DNA of 64,000 nucleotides, from positions 1-64,000 of IMG/VR virus record IMGVR_UViG_3300033148_007251; one strand, written 5' to 3'. The notes beneath the pieces were generated by a model. It was not told the origin of the DNA. It made no database searches and saw only the letters and a list, made by a program, of their open reading frames with translations. Below are positions 9,667 to 19,534 of the stretch, piece after piece. This stretch comes from a virus. Within the stretch, counting starts at the first letter, position 1. Every line of letters starts with the position of its first letter. Both the position numbers and the translations under genes were made by a program.

Positions 9667-10370
9667 TTTTCCTCGCCTTTTGGTAGTTGAATGTCTGAAT
9701 AACGTTCATTTCGTTTGATTCTGGAAACAGTTCCTTGAGCGACATCAAATTTATCTGCTATTTTATATTGTGATATTCCATCTAATAGCATTTTTCGTAT
9801 TTCTAAAATTTGATTATTTGAAAAATGTCTTTGCCACATTGACAATTTTTTACGAGTTTCATCTGATATATTTTGTCGCATCATTGACATTTTTTTACGA
9901 GTTTCATCAGAAAACTTTCTTCCTATTTGCCAAGCTGACATCTTTTTGCGAGTTTCTAAAGAACGTTTTTGGCCTTTGTTTCCTTCAGATATTTTTTCTC
10001 TGTGTTCTTTTGAAAGTTTCTTTCCTATTTGTGATGCTCTCATTTTTTCACGAGTTTCTTTAGATGGGTTTGGTAATCCCTCGCCGCCATCCGTTAAATT
10101 AAAACCATTAGGAGCCTTTGTATTAAATTTTTTTATATATTCAATTTCTTTTTTGCATAACTCTTTCCAGTTATTACATTCAAATATTATTTTATGAGAA
10201 AAATTATCTTTACCATATTTTTGAATAGATCTGTGCAAAAAAGTGTTATCTTTTCTTTTAAAATGACTTCTCATTCGTTGTTTATAGTTTATAGTAATTC
10301 CAATATAAGATTTGTTAGATTTCATATGGGTTATTTTATAAACAATAAATTCTTTGTTTTTTTTAATCAT
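9663..10370 (-). CDS. GIY-YIG homing endonuclease (several NUMOD3 + 1 HTH), paralog 4
   Basis: IVYKITH...YIGIT...RM...KKEIE...GFNLTDGGEG; repeated SxETRKKMS. Confidence 0.9.
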   Translation of the reverse strand: MIKKNKEFIVYKITHMKSNKSYIGITINYKQRMRSHFKRKDNTFLHRSIQKYGKDNFSHKIIFECNNWKELCKKEIEYIKKFNTKAPNGFNLTDGGEGLPNPSKETREKMRASQIGKKLSKEHREKISEGNKGQKRSLETRKKMSAWQIGRKFSDETRKKMSMMRQNISDETRKKLSMWQRHFSNNQILEIRKMLLDGISQYKIADKFDVAQGTVSRIKRNERYSDIQLPKGEEK

Positions 10371-11232
10371 TCTTCCTCACTTGTCGTTGCATCCAGACCG
10401 ATTTAGAAAAAACATCAGGATATTTCTTTTGTACAAATTTACATAATGGCATTTTTTCATAACGCCGACACAGATAATCCAATGAGATCTCCATAAGTGA
10501 GTAATCTCCGTCTAAAACTTCATGGAAGATGAAAATGCCCCTCCACTCGTTGTTGCTTTGTGGCCCTCTGTAATCTTCATCGTGAAGGTAACAAGAGCCT
10601 TGTACCAGCCCACGAATTCTTTTGCCGTTACTCAATGATCTGACGCCAAGCAAATAAATTTGTTGATGCCCCATAACAAAGCTAATCCCTATATTTTTGA
10701 GTCGTATTCCGATATTCTCACCGCCAAAAGGCCGTCCCGACAAAGGATTTGAAAAGTAATGAGCGTAATTAATGCCGCCGGACTCAAACACTTCAAGAAA
10801 TGGGTGAACTTTCCAGCCAAAGGATTCATACTTTAAATCAGAGATGCTCATAAAACCCTCTAATTTCGGGTCACATTCCACAGCCCTGGTTATTCTGTGT
10901 TCATGATTACCAATAGTTAAATGCAAATCAGGGTTATATTGCTTCTTTTTGTTTTTTATCATTCTTTTGTTGTATGTAATCAAAGGTGACATCAATATTT
11001 TCATAGCATTATGTGATGCTTCGATATCCTTTTTATATCTTCTGCCTTCATACGCTGTTTTTCCTACGTCATATGATGAAAGGCTCTCCATATCCGCAAA
11101 ATCACCAATGTTTATTATTACATCTGGTTTTTTTTCAATGATATATTCACCAATCCATTTGAGGTGATCGGTTGGCGTATTCGGAGTAACCTGGCAATCT
11201 GGTATGACAAGATGTTTTTGTGTTTTATTCAT
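10363..11232 (-). CDS. calcineurin-like metallophosphoesterase
   Basis: IPDCQ, IGDFAD, IGNHE, YAHY, MGHQQ motifs. Confidence 0.85.
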   Translation of the reverse strand: MNKTQKHLVIPDCQVTPNTPTDHLKWIGEYIIEKKPDVIINIGDFADMESLSSYDVGKTAYEGRRYKKDIEASHNAMKILMSPLITYNKRMIKNKKKQYNPDLHLTIGNHEHRITRAVECDPKLEGFMSISDLKYESFGWKVHPFLEVFESGGINYAHYFSNPLSGRPFGGENIGIRLKNIGISFVMGHQQIYLLGVRSLSNGKRIRGLVQGSCYLHDEDYRGPQSNNEWRGIFIFHEVLDGDYSLMEISLDYLCRRYEKMPLCKFVQKKYPDVFSKSVWMQRQVRKND

Positions 11233-11234
11233 GG

Positions 11235-11495
11235 TTATTTTCCTTTTTGTGCAATTTTAAGAAGAATTAAATATCCAATTAAATCTTGTATGGTGTCTTC
11301 TTTGATATTTTTTGTGTTTTTGTTTCGGATTCGTGATAGTTTGTCATCAATTCTGACATAAATTTGCTCAATGTTATTACTTTCGCTAAAGATGCGCACT
11401 GGTTCAAGAGCTGAATTTCCATATTCTTTATTCTTCTTTAATAGTAATTCTTTAACTGCATTACATTCTTCTATAATCATTTTTTGTGTATTCAT
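11235..11495 (-). CDS. DUF1599 / nucleotide-modification-associated domain protein
   Basis: LLKKNKEYGNSA...VRIDDKLSRI...EDTIQDLIGYLIL signature. Confidence 0.75.
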   Translation of the reverse strand: MNTQKMIIEECNAVKELLLKKNKEYGNSALEPVRIFSESNNIEQIYVRIDDKLSRIRNKNTKNIKEDTIQDLIGYLILLKIAQKGK

Positions 11496-12334
11496 TATAT
11501 TTCCTTTTCTGGTAATTGAACATCTGCATAAACTTTATTTTGCTTGATGCTACTAATAGTTGTTTGATGGGTATTAAATTTTTTAGCTATAATTTTTTGA
11601 GAAAAGCCTTTTGATAACATTTTTCGCATTTCTAAAATTTGATTTTTGGAAAATTTATGATTTCCTTTTGGTAAATTTTTTAAATTTATTCTTGGTGTTT
11701 GCATCTCTGAATAATGCCTACCAGTTTTAATATCAGAGATAGTGGTTCTATGAACATTAAATTTTTTAGCAATATCTTTTTGAAGAAGTCCGTTTTTTAA
11801 TAATTTTCGTATTTCTAAAATTTGGTCAACAGAAAAAATTTTTTGTACATCTGACATTTTTTTACGAATTCTTTTAGATGGATTTTGATGAGCTATTGAT
11901 AATTTTTTGCGAGTTTCTTTAGAGACCATTTTGTTTTTGTGTACTTTTGATATTTTTTTACGAGTTTCTTCAGATGGATTTTTAAGAGCGATAGATATTT
12001 TTTTTCTTGCTTCTTTGGACATTTTATACCCATCTATTCCTTCTCCTCCGTCTGTAAGATTATAGCCATTAGTCACTTTGGTATTATATAATTTGATAAA
12101 CTCAATTTCCATTTTACATAACATATTCCATGAATTACAATAACAAATTATCTCATGCGTAAATTTTTCTTTACCATGTTTTTTGATAGATCGATGCAAA
12201 TATTGGCAACACTTATTAGCATTAAAATGATTTCTCATTCGGGATTTATAATCACCAGTAATACCAATATAGGCTTTTCCGCTATCAATATTGGTAATTT
12301 TATAAACAACGAATTCTTTAGTTTTATTTTTCAT
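11495..12334 (-). CDS. GIY-YIG homing endonuclease (NUMOD3 + 2 HTH repeats), paralog 5
   Basis: GIY-YIG motifs; start reassigned to ATG 12334 (MKNKTKEFVVY) by alignment with the paralogs. Confidence 0.9.
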   Translation of the reverse strand: MKNKTKEFVVYKITNIDSGKAYIGITGDYKSRMRNHFNANKCCQYLHRSIKKHGKEKFTHEIICYCNSWNMLCKMEIEFIKLYNTKVTNGYNLTDGGEGIDGYKMSKEARKKISIALKNPSEETRKKISKVHKNKMVSKETRKKLSIAHQNPSKRIRKKMSDVQKIFSVDQILEIRKLLKNGLLQKDIAKKFNVHRTTISDIKTGRHYSEMQTPRINLKNLPKGNHKFSKNQILEMRKMLSKGFSQKIIAKKFNTHQTTISSIKQNKVYADVQLPEKEI

Positions 12335-12355
12335 ATTGTTATTATACAAGATTTT

Positions 12356-14434
12356 TTATATTTTATATAATTTACGATTTTTAAATTCTTCTAATTTCCC
12401 TTTATTGAAATTTTTTACTGGCCTTATATATCCGACAACTCTGCTATAAACTTCTGTCTCTGCCCCGCATTTAGGGCAGGATGCCTTTTCTCCAGGAATG
12501 TATCCGTGAGATTGACAAACGCTAAAAGTCGGTGTTAATGAAAAATAAGGCAGCTTATAATTTGTCGCCACTGTCTGAATTAGGTTTTTAACGGTTGTTG
12601 TATCGGTGATTTGTTCACCAAGGAATAAATGCACCACAGTGCCTCCAGTATATTTTGTTTGGAGTTCATCTTGCAAACTCAACATTTCAAATACGTCATC
12701 CGTATAATTTACTGGAAGCTGGGTTGAGTTAGAATAAAATGGTTCAGCCCCATTTTTATAATCACTTTCATTTGCACAAATGATATCAGGATGTTGTTTC
12801 TTATCTTTTAAAGGCAAACTATAACTAATTCCTTCACCAGGTGTTGCCTCTAAGTTAAAAATATCACCTGTTTCTTTTTGTGTCTCTACAAGCAAAGTTC
12901 TTAGATGATCCATTATTTCAACAGCAAACTTTTGCCCTTGTTCACTTCCGATATCTTGTTGAAAAAGATTCAGGCACAATTCATTCATACCAATAATACC
13001 GATTGTTGAAAAATGGTTTTTCCAATAATAACCAGTTCTTTTTTTTGTATCACCCAAATAGAATTTCGAATACGGGTATAAATTGTTTTCTGTGAATTTT
13101 TCAAGTATTTTTCTTTTTATCATAAGTGATTTGACTGCCGTTTGATATGTTTTTTCTAATATATCAAAACAATCTTCTTTGTTTTTTGCAACGTATCCTA
13201 TTTTTGGAAGGTTAATTGTCACAACCCCGATTGAACCAGTCATCGGTGAACTGCCAAATAGGCCTCCGCCTCTGATATCAAGGTCTTTGTGTGACAATCG
13301 AAGCCTACAGCACATACTGGTAACTTGTTCAGGATCCATATTTGAATTTACAAAGTTACTAAAATAAGGAATTCCATATTTGCCTGTCATCTTCCATATC
13401 ATCTCAAGATTAGGGTTATCCCAGTCAAAATCCTTAGTGATGTTATATGTTGGTATGGGAAATGTAAAAACCCTGCCCCTTGCATCGCCTTCCATCATTA
13501 CTTCAGCAAATGCCTTGTTAATCATGTCCGCTTGATGTTGAAATTGAGAATATGTAAATTTTTTATAATCTCCACCAATAATTACTGGTTGATCTTTTAG
13601 TGTAGATGGTATTTGTAAGTCTATGGATATATTGCTAAAAACACTTTGAAAACCGACTCTTGTAGGAACATTCATGTTAAAAATAAATTCTTGAATTGCC
13701 TGTTTTACCTGATCATAACTTAAACTATCAAAATGTACAAATGGTGCTAAAAGAGTATCAAAATTAGACACAGCCATCGCTCCTGCAGACTCGCCCTGAA
13801 GTGTATAAAAAAAGTTTGTTAGCTGCCCTAATGCTGATCTCAAGTGTTTCGCTGGAGCACTTGCTACTTTGCCTTCAACTCCAGTAAATCCTTTCAATAA
13901 CAAGTCTTGTAAGCTCCAACCGCAGCAATAATTTGATAATAAGCCAAGATCATGAATATGAAAATCACCTCTTTTGTGAGTATTTCTAATTTCAGGCGGA
14001 TAAATTTTGTTTAGCCAGTATTCAGAGGTTATGCCGGATGAAATATAATTGTTTAACCCTTGCAAAGAATAGCTCATATTGCTATTTTCTTTAACTTTCC
14101 AGTCCGATTTAGAAATATAATTGTTCATGAAATCAATATTTGTTTTTGTTACAAGGCTTCTTATTTGTGAGTGTTGCTCTCTGTATATTATGTATGCTTT
14201 GGCTGTTTTTTTAAATGGTGAATCAAGCAATATATTTTCAATAATATTTTGAACATCTTCTACAGCAATATTATGATTGTTGTCTAAGAGTGATAATACC
14301 CTTAGTGTATATTTTTTTGCTATTATTTCTTTGAATTCACCAGTTGCTTTGCCAGCCTTAAGAATAGCATTTGTAATTTTTTCAGAATTAAAAGAGACTA
14401 CTTTGCCGTTTCTTTTTGTTATTTTGTTGATCAT
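12356..14434 (-). CDS. nrdD: class III (anaerobic) ribonucleoside-triphosphate reductase with ATP cone
   Basis: N-terminal ATP cone (ITKRNG...FNSEKI), GDFHIHDL, NYCCG, SMCCRL, EATPGE, CQSHG...CPKC, glycyl-radical loop YSRVVGY. Confidence 0.96.
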   Translation of the reverse strand: MINKITKRNGKVVSFNSEKITNAILKAGKATGEFKEIIAKKYTLRVLSLLDNNHNIAVEDVQNIIENILLDSPFKKTAKAYIIYREQHSQIRSLVTKTNIDFMNNYISKSDWKVKENSNMSYSLQGLNNYISSGITSEYWLNKIYPPEIRNTHKRGDFHIHDLGLLSNYCCGWSLQDLLLKGFTGVEGKVASAPAKHLRSALGQLTNFFYTLQGESAGAMAVSNFDTLLAPFVHFDSLSYDQVKQAIQEFIFNMNVPTRVGFQSVFSNISIDLQIPSTLKDQPVIIGGDYKKFTYSQFQHQADMINKAFAEVMMEGDARGRVFTFPIPTYNITKDFDWDNPNLEMIWKMTGKYGIPYFSNFVNSNMDPEQVTSMCCRLRLSHKDLDIRGGGLFGSSPMTGSIGVVTINLPKIGYVAKNKEDCFDILEKTYQTAVKSLMIKRKILEKFTENNLYPYSKFYLGDTKKRTGYYWKNHFSTIGIIGMNELCLNLFQQDIGSEQGQKFAVEIMDHLRTLLVETQKETGDIFNLEATPGEGISYSLPLKDKKQHPDIICANESDYKNGAEPFYSNSTQLPVNYTDDVFEMLSLQDELQTKYTGGTVVHLFLGEQITDTTTVKNLIQTVATNYKLPYFSLTPTFSVCQSHGYIPGEKASCPKCGAETEVYSRVVGYIRPVKNFNKGKLEEFKNRKLYKI

Positions 14435-14617
14435 TATTTGATTTTTCCTTTTTATGTTTAATTATTTGCCTTGCGGGAATAGACGTCATTTGTTCACCGA
14501 TACATATAGGACATTCGTGAATATGATCCATAAATAATATTTTATGTTTTTTGCAATAATTTTTCATATTTTTATTTTGTCTATGTAATATAAGGGTTTT
14601 TATGAAAGAGTCAATCT

Positions 14618-15538
14618 TTATAACCCTATTTCTTTCATGATTGCGTCAGCATCATCTTGTTTAAGATCTCCAGGGTCACTGTTTTCAATAAGAAATGGCA
14701 AAATTATTACTTTGACACTGTGCCTGAACCCATTTGATATCAAAAAACCTAATTCTTCCGCTTGCATTTGCGCTCTTTGTTCTGAATCAAACATAATAAA
14801 AACTTTTTTGAATGTTGATGCAATCAGCCTGGCTTGTTGTCTGGTGAAGGCTATTCCAAATGTTGCCACTGCACCAGTGCCTAATCTCCAGACATCCGTT
14901 ATACCTTCGACAATGATGCATGTATCATGATTAGTCTGGTCAAGTCCGTAAACACAATGTTGATGTTGAATAATTTCTTCGTTTTGAAAACAAGCGAGAT
15001 ACTTTTGGTCATGTTTACCAGTTATATCTCTGCACTGAAAAGAAACGAGTTTATTGTTTTGATATATAGGCGCACAAATACGATTTTTATAGAATCCATA
15101 ATGGGGCGTTGATAGTAGATTCCATTGCATGATTAATTTTTCAGGATTAAAATTTCTATTCAAAAGATATTTTTTTGCCTTCTGTGTCAATGAATTTGTT
15201 CCGCTCGGAAATATGAGTTCAGATGGAGTCTCAATTGTATATTTTTCCCGCTTAATAGGCTCTGTGGCAGTAGAATACTTTTTTAGAATACCATAGGCTT
15301 CCTTTTTGTTTATAAGGGCTGATATGATGCTATAGAGCGTGTGACTACCGCATCTATAGCACGTTACATATCCGTCTTTTGTATTAAACCCTAAATGATA
15401 GCCCGATGAACCTGACCCAGAACACATAGGGCATGCACAGTTCACCCATCCCTCTCGGTAATGCTTTCCGTTTTGGGCATAAGGGATATTGTAATCATTA
15501 CAAAATGAGGTAGCATTAAAATTTTGTATATTGCTCAT
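14618..15538 (-). CDS. DNA primase (Zn finger + TOPRIM)
   Basis: CPMC...CYRC zinc finger; IIVEGITD, FIMFDSE, DPGD TOPRIM motifs. Confidence 0.88.
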   Translation of the reverse strand: MSNIQNFNATSFCNDYNIPYAQNGKHYREGWVNCACPMCSGSGSSGYHLGFNTKDGYVTCYRCGSHTLYSIISALINKKEAYGILKKYSTATEPIKREKYTIETPSELIFPSGTNSLTQKAKKYLLNRNFNPEKLIMQWNLLSTPHYGFYKNRICAPIYQNNKLVSFQCRDITGKHDQKYLACFQNEEIIQHQHCVYGLDQTNHDTCIIVEGITDVWRLGTGAVATFGIAFTRQQARLIASTFKKVFIMFDSEQRAQMQAEELGFLISNGFRHSVKVIILPFLIENSDPGDLKQDDADAIMKEIGL

Positions 15539-15553
15539 TACATTCTCCCTTTT

Positions 15554-16354
15554 TTAAAGTCGTATTTCTGCATAACGTTCGTTTCGTTTGATGATACCAA
15601 TAGTTGAATGAGCAACACCAAATTTTTTAGCTATTTTACGTTGTGGTATTTTATCTAATAACATTTTTCTTATTTCTAAAATTTGTTTATTTGTAAATAT
15701 TAATTTTGCTTCTGATATTTTTTTACAATGTTCTTTAGATTTTTTTTTGCCTTTATGCGATTCGGATATTTTCTTGCGAGCTTCAGCAGTGTGTTTTTTA
15801 CCTTTCCCCGCTTCAGATATTTTTTTACGAGTTTCTTCAGAAATTATTTTTCCTTTATTTGCTTTGGATATTTTTCGCTTTGTTATTTTAGAGAGATGCT
15901 TGCCATAATTAGGATGTTTTTCGCCTTGTAGTGCATCAGATATTTTTTTACAAGATTCAGGTGTGTGCTTTTGTTTATAAAAGGGATTATTTTCTCCCTT
16001 ATGTGATTCAGACATCTTTAGACGTGTTTCTTTAGAAACTATAACCCCTAATTGACCCTCCCCGCCATCAGTAAGATTATAACCATTAGGCCTTTTGGTA
16101 TTAAATTGTTTTATGTATATAATTTCTTTTTTACAAAGTTCTTCCCATGAATTACACTCAAATATAATTTCAGATATAAATTTACTTTTCCCATATTTTT
16201 TAATAGTATTATGTAAATAAGTGTCATCATAATTATAATTAAAATGTCCCCTCATTCTTTTTTTATAATTAGTAGTAATACCAATATAACACATACCATT
16301 GGTAATATTGGTAATTTTATACACAACAAATTCTTTTTTGTTCTTTGACATCAT
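15554..16354 (-). CDS. GIY-YIG homing endonuclease (many NUMOD3 + 1 HTH), paralog 6
   Basis: GIY-YIG motifs; GENNPFY / GEKHPNYGK / SEETRKKIS NUMOD3 repeats. Confidence 0.9.
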   Translation of the reverse strand: MMSKNKKEFVVYKITNITNGMCYIGITTNYKKRMRGHFNYNYDDTYLHNTIKKYGKSKFISEIIFECNSWEELCKKEIIYIKQFNTKRPNGYNLTDGGEGQLGVIVSKETRLKMSESHKGENNPFYKQKHTPESCKKISDALQGEKHPNYGKHLSKITKRKISKANKGKIISEETRKKISEAGKGKKHTAEARKKISESHKGKKKSKEHCKKISEAKLIFTNKQILEIRKMLLDKIPQRKIAKKFGVAHSTIGIIKRNERYAEIRL

Positions 16355-16358
16355 GTTT

Positions 16359-16709
16359 TTATCCTATAACTTCTCTTTCGATAACAAATGATGATTGGTT
16401 ATTTGTTTTTCTCATAAATTTTCCAGGCATATAAATTTCACCCCTTGAATCAATTCTTTCATTATTAGGGCCAATCACATCAGAATTTGACATCCAAGAA
16501 GAATATTTAAAACACCTAATCATATTTATAGCAATATAAAAACTTGCTATTTCTTGATCTCTTTGGGATCCTTTTGGTATTTTTGTTTTGTCACTCCTTA
16601 ATGGCTCAAAATTTGGATCATTAAGGAGTTGTCCCCTCTCTTTCTTTTTCTTTTTTTTATTTATTGCTATTTCCCTCATTAATTCTTTTAATATGGCTTT
16701 TTTCTTCAT
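16359..16709 (-). CDS. hypothetical protein
   Basis: ORF with AGGAG SD in the operon. Confidence 0.55.
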   Translation of the reverse strand: MKKKAILKELMREIAINKKKKKKERGQLLNDPNFEPLRSDKTKIPKGSQRDQEIASFYIAINMIRCFKYSSWMSNSDVIGPNNERIDSRGEIYMPGKFMRKTNNQSSFVIEREVIG

Positions 16710-16832
16710 AACTCTCCTTATTTAAACATTTCATAATCATAATAAATTGTTGATTGGTAAAACATAACTTTATTCATCCAGGTTGGACAGCTATAATAAT
16801 TGTATTTTTTAAATATTCGTTTAAATCTTTGG

Positions 16833-17330
16833 TTATATATTTCCATTTTTTATCTCCTTTTTTTGTTTTGAATACATAATACAAGTTTTCATTATTTTTT
16901 CGTTTAAATATTGATAGTTTTTAAAATTATTTGTTCGTAATCTGTAGGTTATTGTGTATTTTTTTATATTGAGTGTTTCTGAAGCATTTTTAACGGTATC
17001 AAAATGTTGGTTATCAATAATAATAGCACGTGCCATTGGATGGTTTTGCCTCTTTGTGATAAATGAGGCTTGTCTTTTAATGCATCTGATAATTTTTTAC
17101 GAGTTTCTTTTGAAATATTTTGTTTAGAAATCGATAGTTTTTCACGGGTTTTTAAAGACATTGTTCTACCTTTTGATGCTTCTGACATTTTTTTACGAGT
17201 TTCTTTAGATGGATTTTTGGTTTTGTTAATTCTTTTTTAATAGTCTTTAATGATTGTTTTTTGTCAGTTAATGAGTCACTAATTTTTTTACGTGTTTTTT
17301 CAGAAAGTTTTTTGCCCTTATGTGCATCAT
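16833..17330 (-). pseudogene. decayed homing-endonuclease DNA-binding region (NUMOD3 + NUMOD1-like), no catalytic domain
   Basis: HKGKKLSEKTRKKIS, NPSKETRKKMS and ISKETRKKLS motifs, then NHPMARAIIIDNQHFDTVKNASETLNI; spread over frames separated by two frameshifts. Confidence 0.7.
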
Positions 17331-19277
17331 TTATTTTTCTCTTTTATTTTTTAAAATGTTTATTAAATCATTAAATATATTTGTTGATTTTGTTATTTTA
17401 CCATCTAAAATTTGATCAACAACGATGGCTTTTTCTTTTAATAGTGACATAATATCTTCTTCAATTGTATTTTGGCTAACAAGATAATGAATATTAACGT
17501 TTTTTTTTTGGCCAATTCTATGGCAGCGATCTTCAGCTTGAGAAAGGGTTCCGGGTTCCCATGGATATTCCAAAAAACAAACATTTGATGAAGCGTTCAA
17601 CGTAAGGCCTGTTCCAGCGGATTTGATATTTCCAACAAATAACTTGATTTTAGGGTCAGTTTGAAATTTATCAACGGCGGTTTGTCTTTTATTTGATGGA
17701 GTTGATCCATCAATTTTGACAGTCATTTTAGGAAACTCTTTGATTAATAAATTAATTGTTTTTTTGTGAATAGCAAATATAACCAATTTTTGATCACTTT
17801 CTAAAAAATTATTTATCCATTTGATACATTGTTTAAACTTTCCATTGATAGAAAGTTGTTTAAGCTTTTCAAGGGATGTCAATGCCTCTGCTTTTTTTGC
17901 CTTTTTTGCTTTTTCTTCTCCTTCGTGTTCTTTAATCCAATCGATGATATTGTTTTCTGCCTTTTTGTATTCTTTAAAATTATCAATTTTAATTGGTATG
18001 ATTGATTTGGTTTTTGGCGGTAGTTCTTTTAATACATCTTCTTTTTTGCGTCGGATCATAATAGACTTTGTTAAGATTTTATGCAATTCGAGAATATTGC
18101 TTGAGCCAGAAAAATCCCATCCCCAAGAATTATGTTTTAAATCGCAATATTTTTTTGCGAAATTCCATCTATTTGGGAATAATCCTGGGTGGATGATCCT
18201 GATAATATTAAAGAACTCAATCGGTCTGTTTATAATTGGAGTCCCGGATAAAGCGATAACCCGCTTTATCTTTTTACACAAAGATATTGTTGTTTTGGTT
18301 CGTAAAGCTCCGTTGGTCTTAATATAATGAAACTCATCTAAAATAATTATTTCTGCTCTTAGTGCCTTAAGTGTAGGTGTCCACGTTGATAAGATGTCAT
18401 AATTAATAATATAGATGTCAACGTGAGGGATCGGATACATTTTTTTACCGCTGATTATATGAATAGTTTCTTTTTCCATCCACGCCTTGATTTCATTTGC
18501 CCAGTTTTGCTTGAGAGAGGAAGGGCAAACAATTATAACCGGTCTTAATTTTTTATTAAGTTGAGCATATCCAAGGGCTTGAACGGTTTTACCAAGTCCC
18601 ATCTCATCAACTATAAGTGCTCTCCCTTTATTGTTTTTAATAAAAGAAACACCTTCTTTTTGAAATTGATATAGTTTCTTTTTTAAACCGGGTATTGAAA
18701 AATTTGTAATCAGTTTTTTTTCAGAGGTGATATCCTCATACCAATTATTTAGATTTTCACAAAGGTTAAATTTAAATTCTTTGAGTTTTTTGACAGCTTC
18801 AACAGACACAGGGCATTTCCAGCACTGTTCTTTTTTTACAAATTTATATCCTGGAAGTGTTTTGATTTTAAGGATTGTTTTTTTGAATCTTTCATCGCCA
18901 TAAGGATATTTAAACTTGATAATAATAGAATTTTTCTGCCTCTCAGCGATTTTAATAATATTCAGCTCCTCTTGTTTAGTACCATCGAATCCAAGGTCTT
19001 TGATTTTTTCTAATGTTATTCCAACCTTTAATAATTGATTTACATATTTTGGCATTGCTTTTCGTAAATACCATTTTTGTCTGTCGTCGAGTTCAAGCCC
19101 CTCCATGTCTTTTTTGGCAATAGCGAATAGAAAGCCAGAGTCTTGATTGTTAAAAGTTACCTTATTGTCACCATTGGTTTGTAGGGCATGCATAGCCATA
19201 AGCGCGCCCAGTGCCATGCATTCATCATTTTTGATTAAGTCCATTAACTTTCGTGTGTTTTTATCCATTGAAATCAC
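17331..19277 (-). CDS. SNF2-family helicase (HARP/SMARCAL1-like)
   Basis: LYQFQKEG, DEMGLGKT, CPSSLK.NW, ILDEFH, LSGTP, GTGLTL, QAEDRCHRIGQ. Confidence 0.92.
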   Translation of the reverse strand: MISMDKNTRKLMDLIKNDECMALGALMAMHALQTNGDNKVTFNNQDSGFLFAIAKKDMEGLELDDRQKWYLRKAMPKYVNQLLKVGITLEKIKDLGFDGTKQEELNIIKIAERQKNSIIIKFKYPYGDERFKKTILKIKTLPGYKFVKKEQCWKCPVSVEAVKKLKEFKFNLCENLNNWYEDITSEKKLITNFSIPGLKKKLYQFQKEGVSFIKNNKGRALIVDEMGLGKTVQALGYAQLNKKLRPVIIVCPSSLKQNWANEIKAWMEKETIHIISGKKMYPIPHVDIYIINYDILSTWTPTLKALRAEIIILDEFHYIKTNGALRTKTTISLCKKIKRVIALSGTPIINRPIEFFNIIRIIHPGLFPNRWNFAKKYCDLKHNSWGWDFSGSSNILELHKILTKSIMIRRKKEDVLKELPPKTKSIIPIKIDNFKEYKKAENNIIDWIKEHEGEEKAKKAKKAEALTSLEKLKQLSINGKFKQCIKWINNFLESDQKLVIFAIHKKTINLLIKEFPKMTVKIDGSTPSNKRQTAVDKFQTDPKIKLFVGNIKSAGTGLTLNASSNVCFLEYPWEPGTLSQAEDRCHRIGQKKNVNIHYLVSQNTIEEDIMSLLKEKAIVVDQILDGKITKSTNIFNDLINILKNKREK

Positions 19278-19534
19278 CGTCCTTTCTACGTATTAAATAA
19301 GCTCTAATAATTTTTCACGTAAACCCTCGTATCCGCAAATATAAGCGTATATCTCTTTGTTACTTAGATAAAGGGGCGCACAATACCCTTCATATTCATT
19401 CAAGACTATACGCTCTATTATTTCCAGTTTTTTTGTTAGTTCCTTTTCTAACTTTGTCATTTTATTTTATCCCCTTTTGTTATAATTTTGCTATGATTTA
19501 TTCAATTTATTATTTTTTAAATGATCCAAAGGTG

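Noticed and set aside
686-16354. Group I introns or inteins housing the GIY-YIG genes
   Set aside because: Flanking genes (nrdD, nrdG, primase, DnaB) are intact and the spacers are too short for intron cores; the endonucleases look free-standing.
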